A DNA stretch of 64,000 bases, from positions 64,001-128,000 of the IMG/VR virus record IMGVR_UViG_3300033076_001145; one strand, written 5' to 3'. Of the stretch, positions 63,277 to 64,000 are shown one piece after another (within the stretch, counting starts at the first letter, position 1; each line of letters opens with the position of its first letter). Below the pieces are notes generated by a model. That model had not been told where the DNA came from. It searched no databases and saw only the letters and a program-made list of their open reading frames with translations. Position numbers and translations under genes: made by a program. Source of the DNA: a virus (lineage: Duplodnaviria; Caudoviricetes).

Positions 63277-63822
63277 ATGAAAGATTTAATAAAGAAAATT
63301 TTAAAAGAAGAAACCAAAGAAAAGTTTGACTATGGTTGCGTAATGTTATATTACGATTTCCCAAAGATGGGAGAAATACACGAGTTAATTGACGATAACG
63401 ATGTTTATTACGAGGAAGGTGATAGAAGTTTCGGATTGGAAGATGAACCTCATACAACACTCCTATTTGGATTACACGATGATGTAACAGATGATGATGT
63501 AAGAAATGTTTTGAATAGATTTACCTATGGTAATTGTAAATTACAAAACGCATCACTATTTCAAAACCCTGACTATGATGTATTAAAGTTTGATGTATCA
63601 GGAGACAACTTACATAAGACAAATGATTTGCTTCGTAAGTATCCACACACCAATAATTTCCCTGATTACCATCCTCATACAACAATTGGTTACCTTAAAC
63701 CAAATATGGGTAAGAAGTATGTTGAGAAGTTAAAAGGTTTGAGTTATAATCTAACACCACAATATGCGGTATATTCAAAACCAAATGGGGATAAGGTTAA
63801 AATGGAGATTAATGTCAAATAA
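63277..63822 (+). CDS. 2H phosphoesterase (T4 57B/Acb1-like)
   Basis: Two HxT motifs (PHTTLLFG, PHTTIGY); MKDLIKKILKEE leader. Confidence 0.75.
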   Translation: MKDLIKKILKEETKEKFDYGCVMLYYDFPKMGEIHELIDDNDVYYEEGDRSFGLEDEPHTTLLFGLHDDVTDDDVRNVLNRFTYGNCKLQNASLFQNPDYDVLKFDVSGDNLHKTNDLLRKYPHTNNFPDYHPHTTIGYLKPNMGKKYVEKLKGLSYNLTPQYAVYSKPNGDKVKMEINVK

Positions 63823-64000
63823 TGACAAAGAAAAAGTATCCTGATAATGTTGTATGGAGTGAGGAGAAGGGTTATTACGCCCATCTTCTCCCATATGCAA
63901 CAAATGTCGGAGCACCAGTAATCATCCCTGAGAATGTATCAACTTGGAAGAATGAGAAGATACTCAAAACCAATCATTACTTTCAAAAAAGATATGATGA
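63822..64000 (+). CDS. DUF2452-like protein (runs off window end)
   Basis: MTKKKYPDNVVW...LLPYATNVGAPVIIP. Confidence 0.55.
   Translation, partial: MTKKKYPDNVVWSEEKGYYAHLLPYATNVGAPVIIPENVSTWKNEKILKTNHYFQKRYD

Noticed and set aside
1-64000. cas genes or a Cas effector in the window
   Set aside because: No ORF shows recognisable Cas1, Cas2, Cas4, RuvC or paired HEPN motifs at suitable size. The HNH protein at 6981 is a small stand-alone type.
1-64000. Alternative genetic code (stop-codon reassignment)
   Set aside because: Known genes are full length under code 11, and the only tRNA seen is Arg(UCU), not a suppressor.

Overview
A 64-kb slice of an AT-rich (roughly 30% GC by eye), densely coded jumbo-phage genome using the standard genetic code. 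The host is very probably in Bacteroidota, judging by TAnnTTTG promoters, the absence of Shine-Dalgarno motifs and the tmRNA resume context. There are no core structural or replication genes here. Instead it holds accessory functions: an N-domain-less ClpC, a tmRNA interrupted by a group I intron, tRNA-Arg(UCU), RmlC/RmlD, a PPK2-lysozyme fusion, an AsnRS-like asparagine synthetase, SlyD, DenV, DHFR, PurA, GlnII, ThyA, an Acb1-like 2H phosphoesterase, two GIY-YIG endonucleases and many small paralogous ORFs. The standout is a family of genes whose 3' halves are CRISPR-like arrays read in frame as protein. At 41.4-43.1 kb these have 36-nt repeats with unique, GC-richer 30-nt spacers, 17 spacers with no in-frame stop, and decay toward the 3' end. 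Two one-spacer versions with a different, Cas13b-like 36-nt repeat lie at 38.3 and 38.6 kb. No cas gene is visible in the window. All family assignments are from motif recognition, not database searches.
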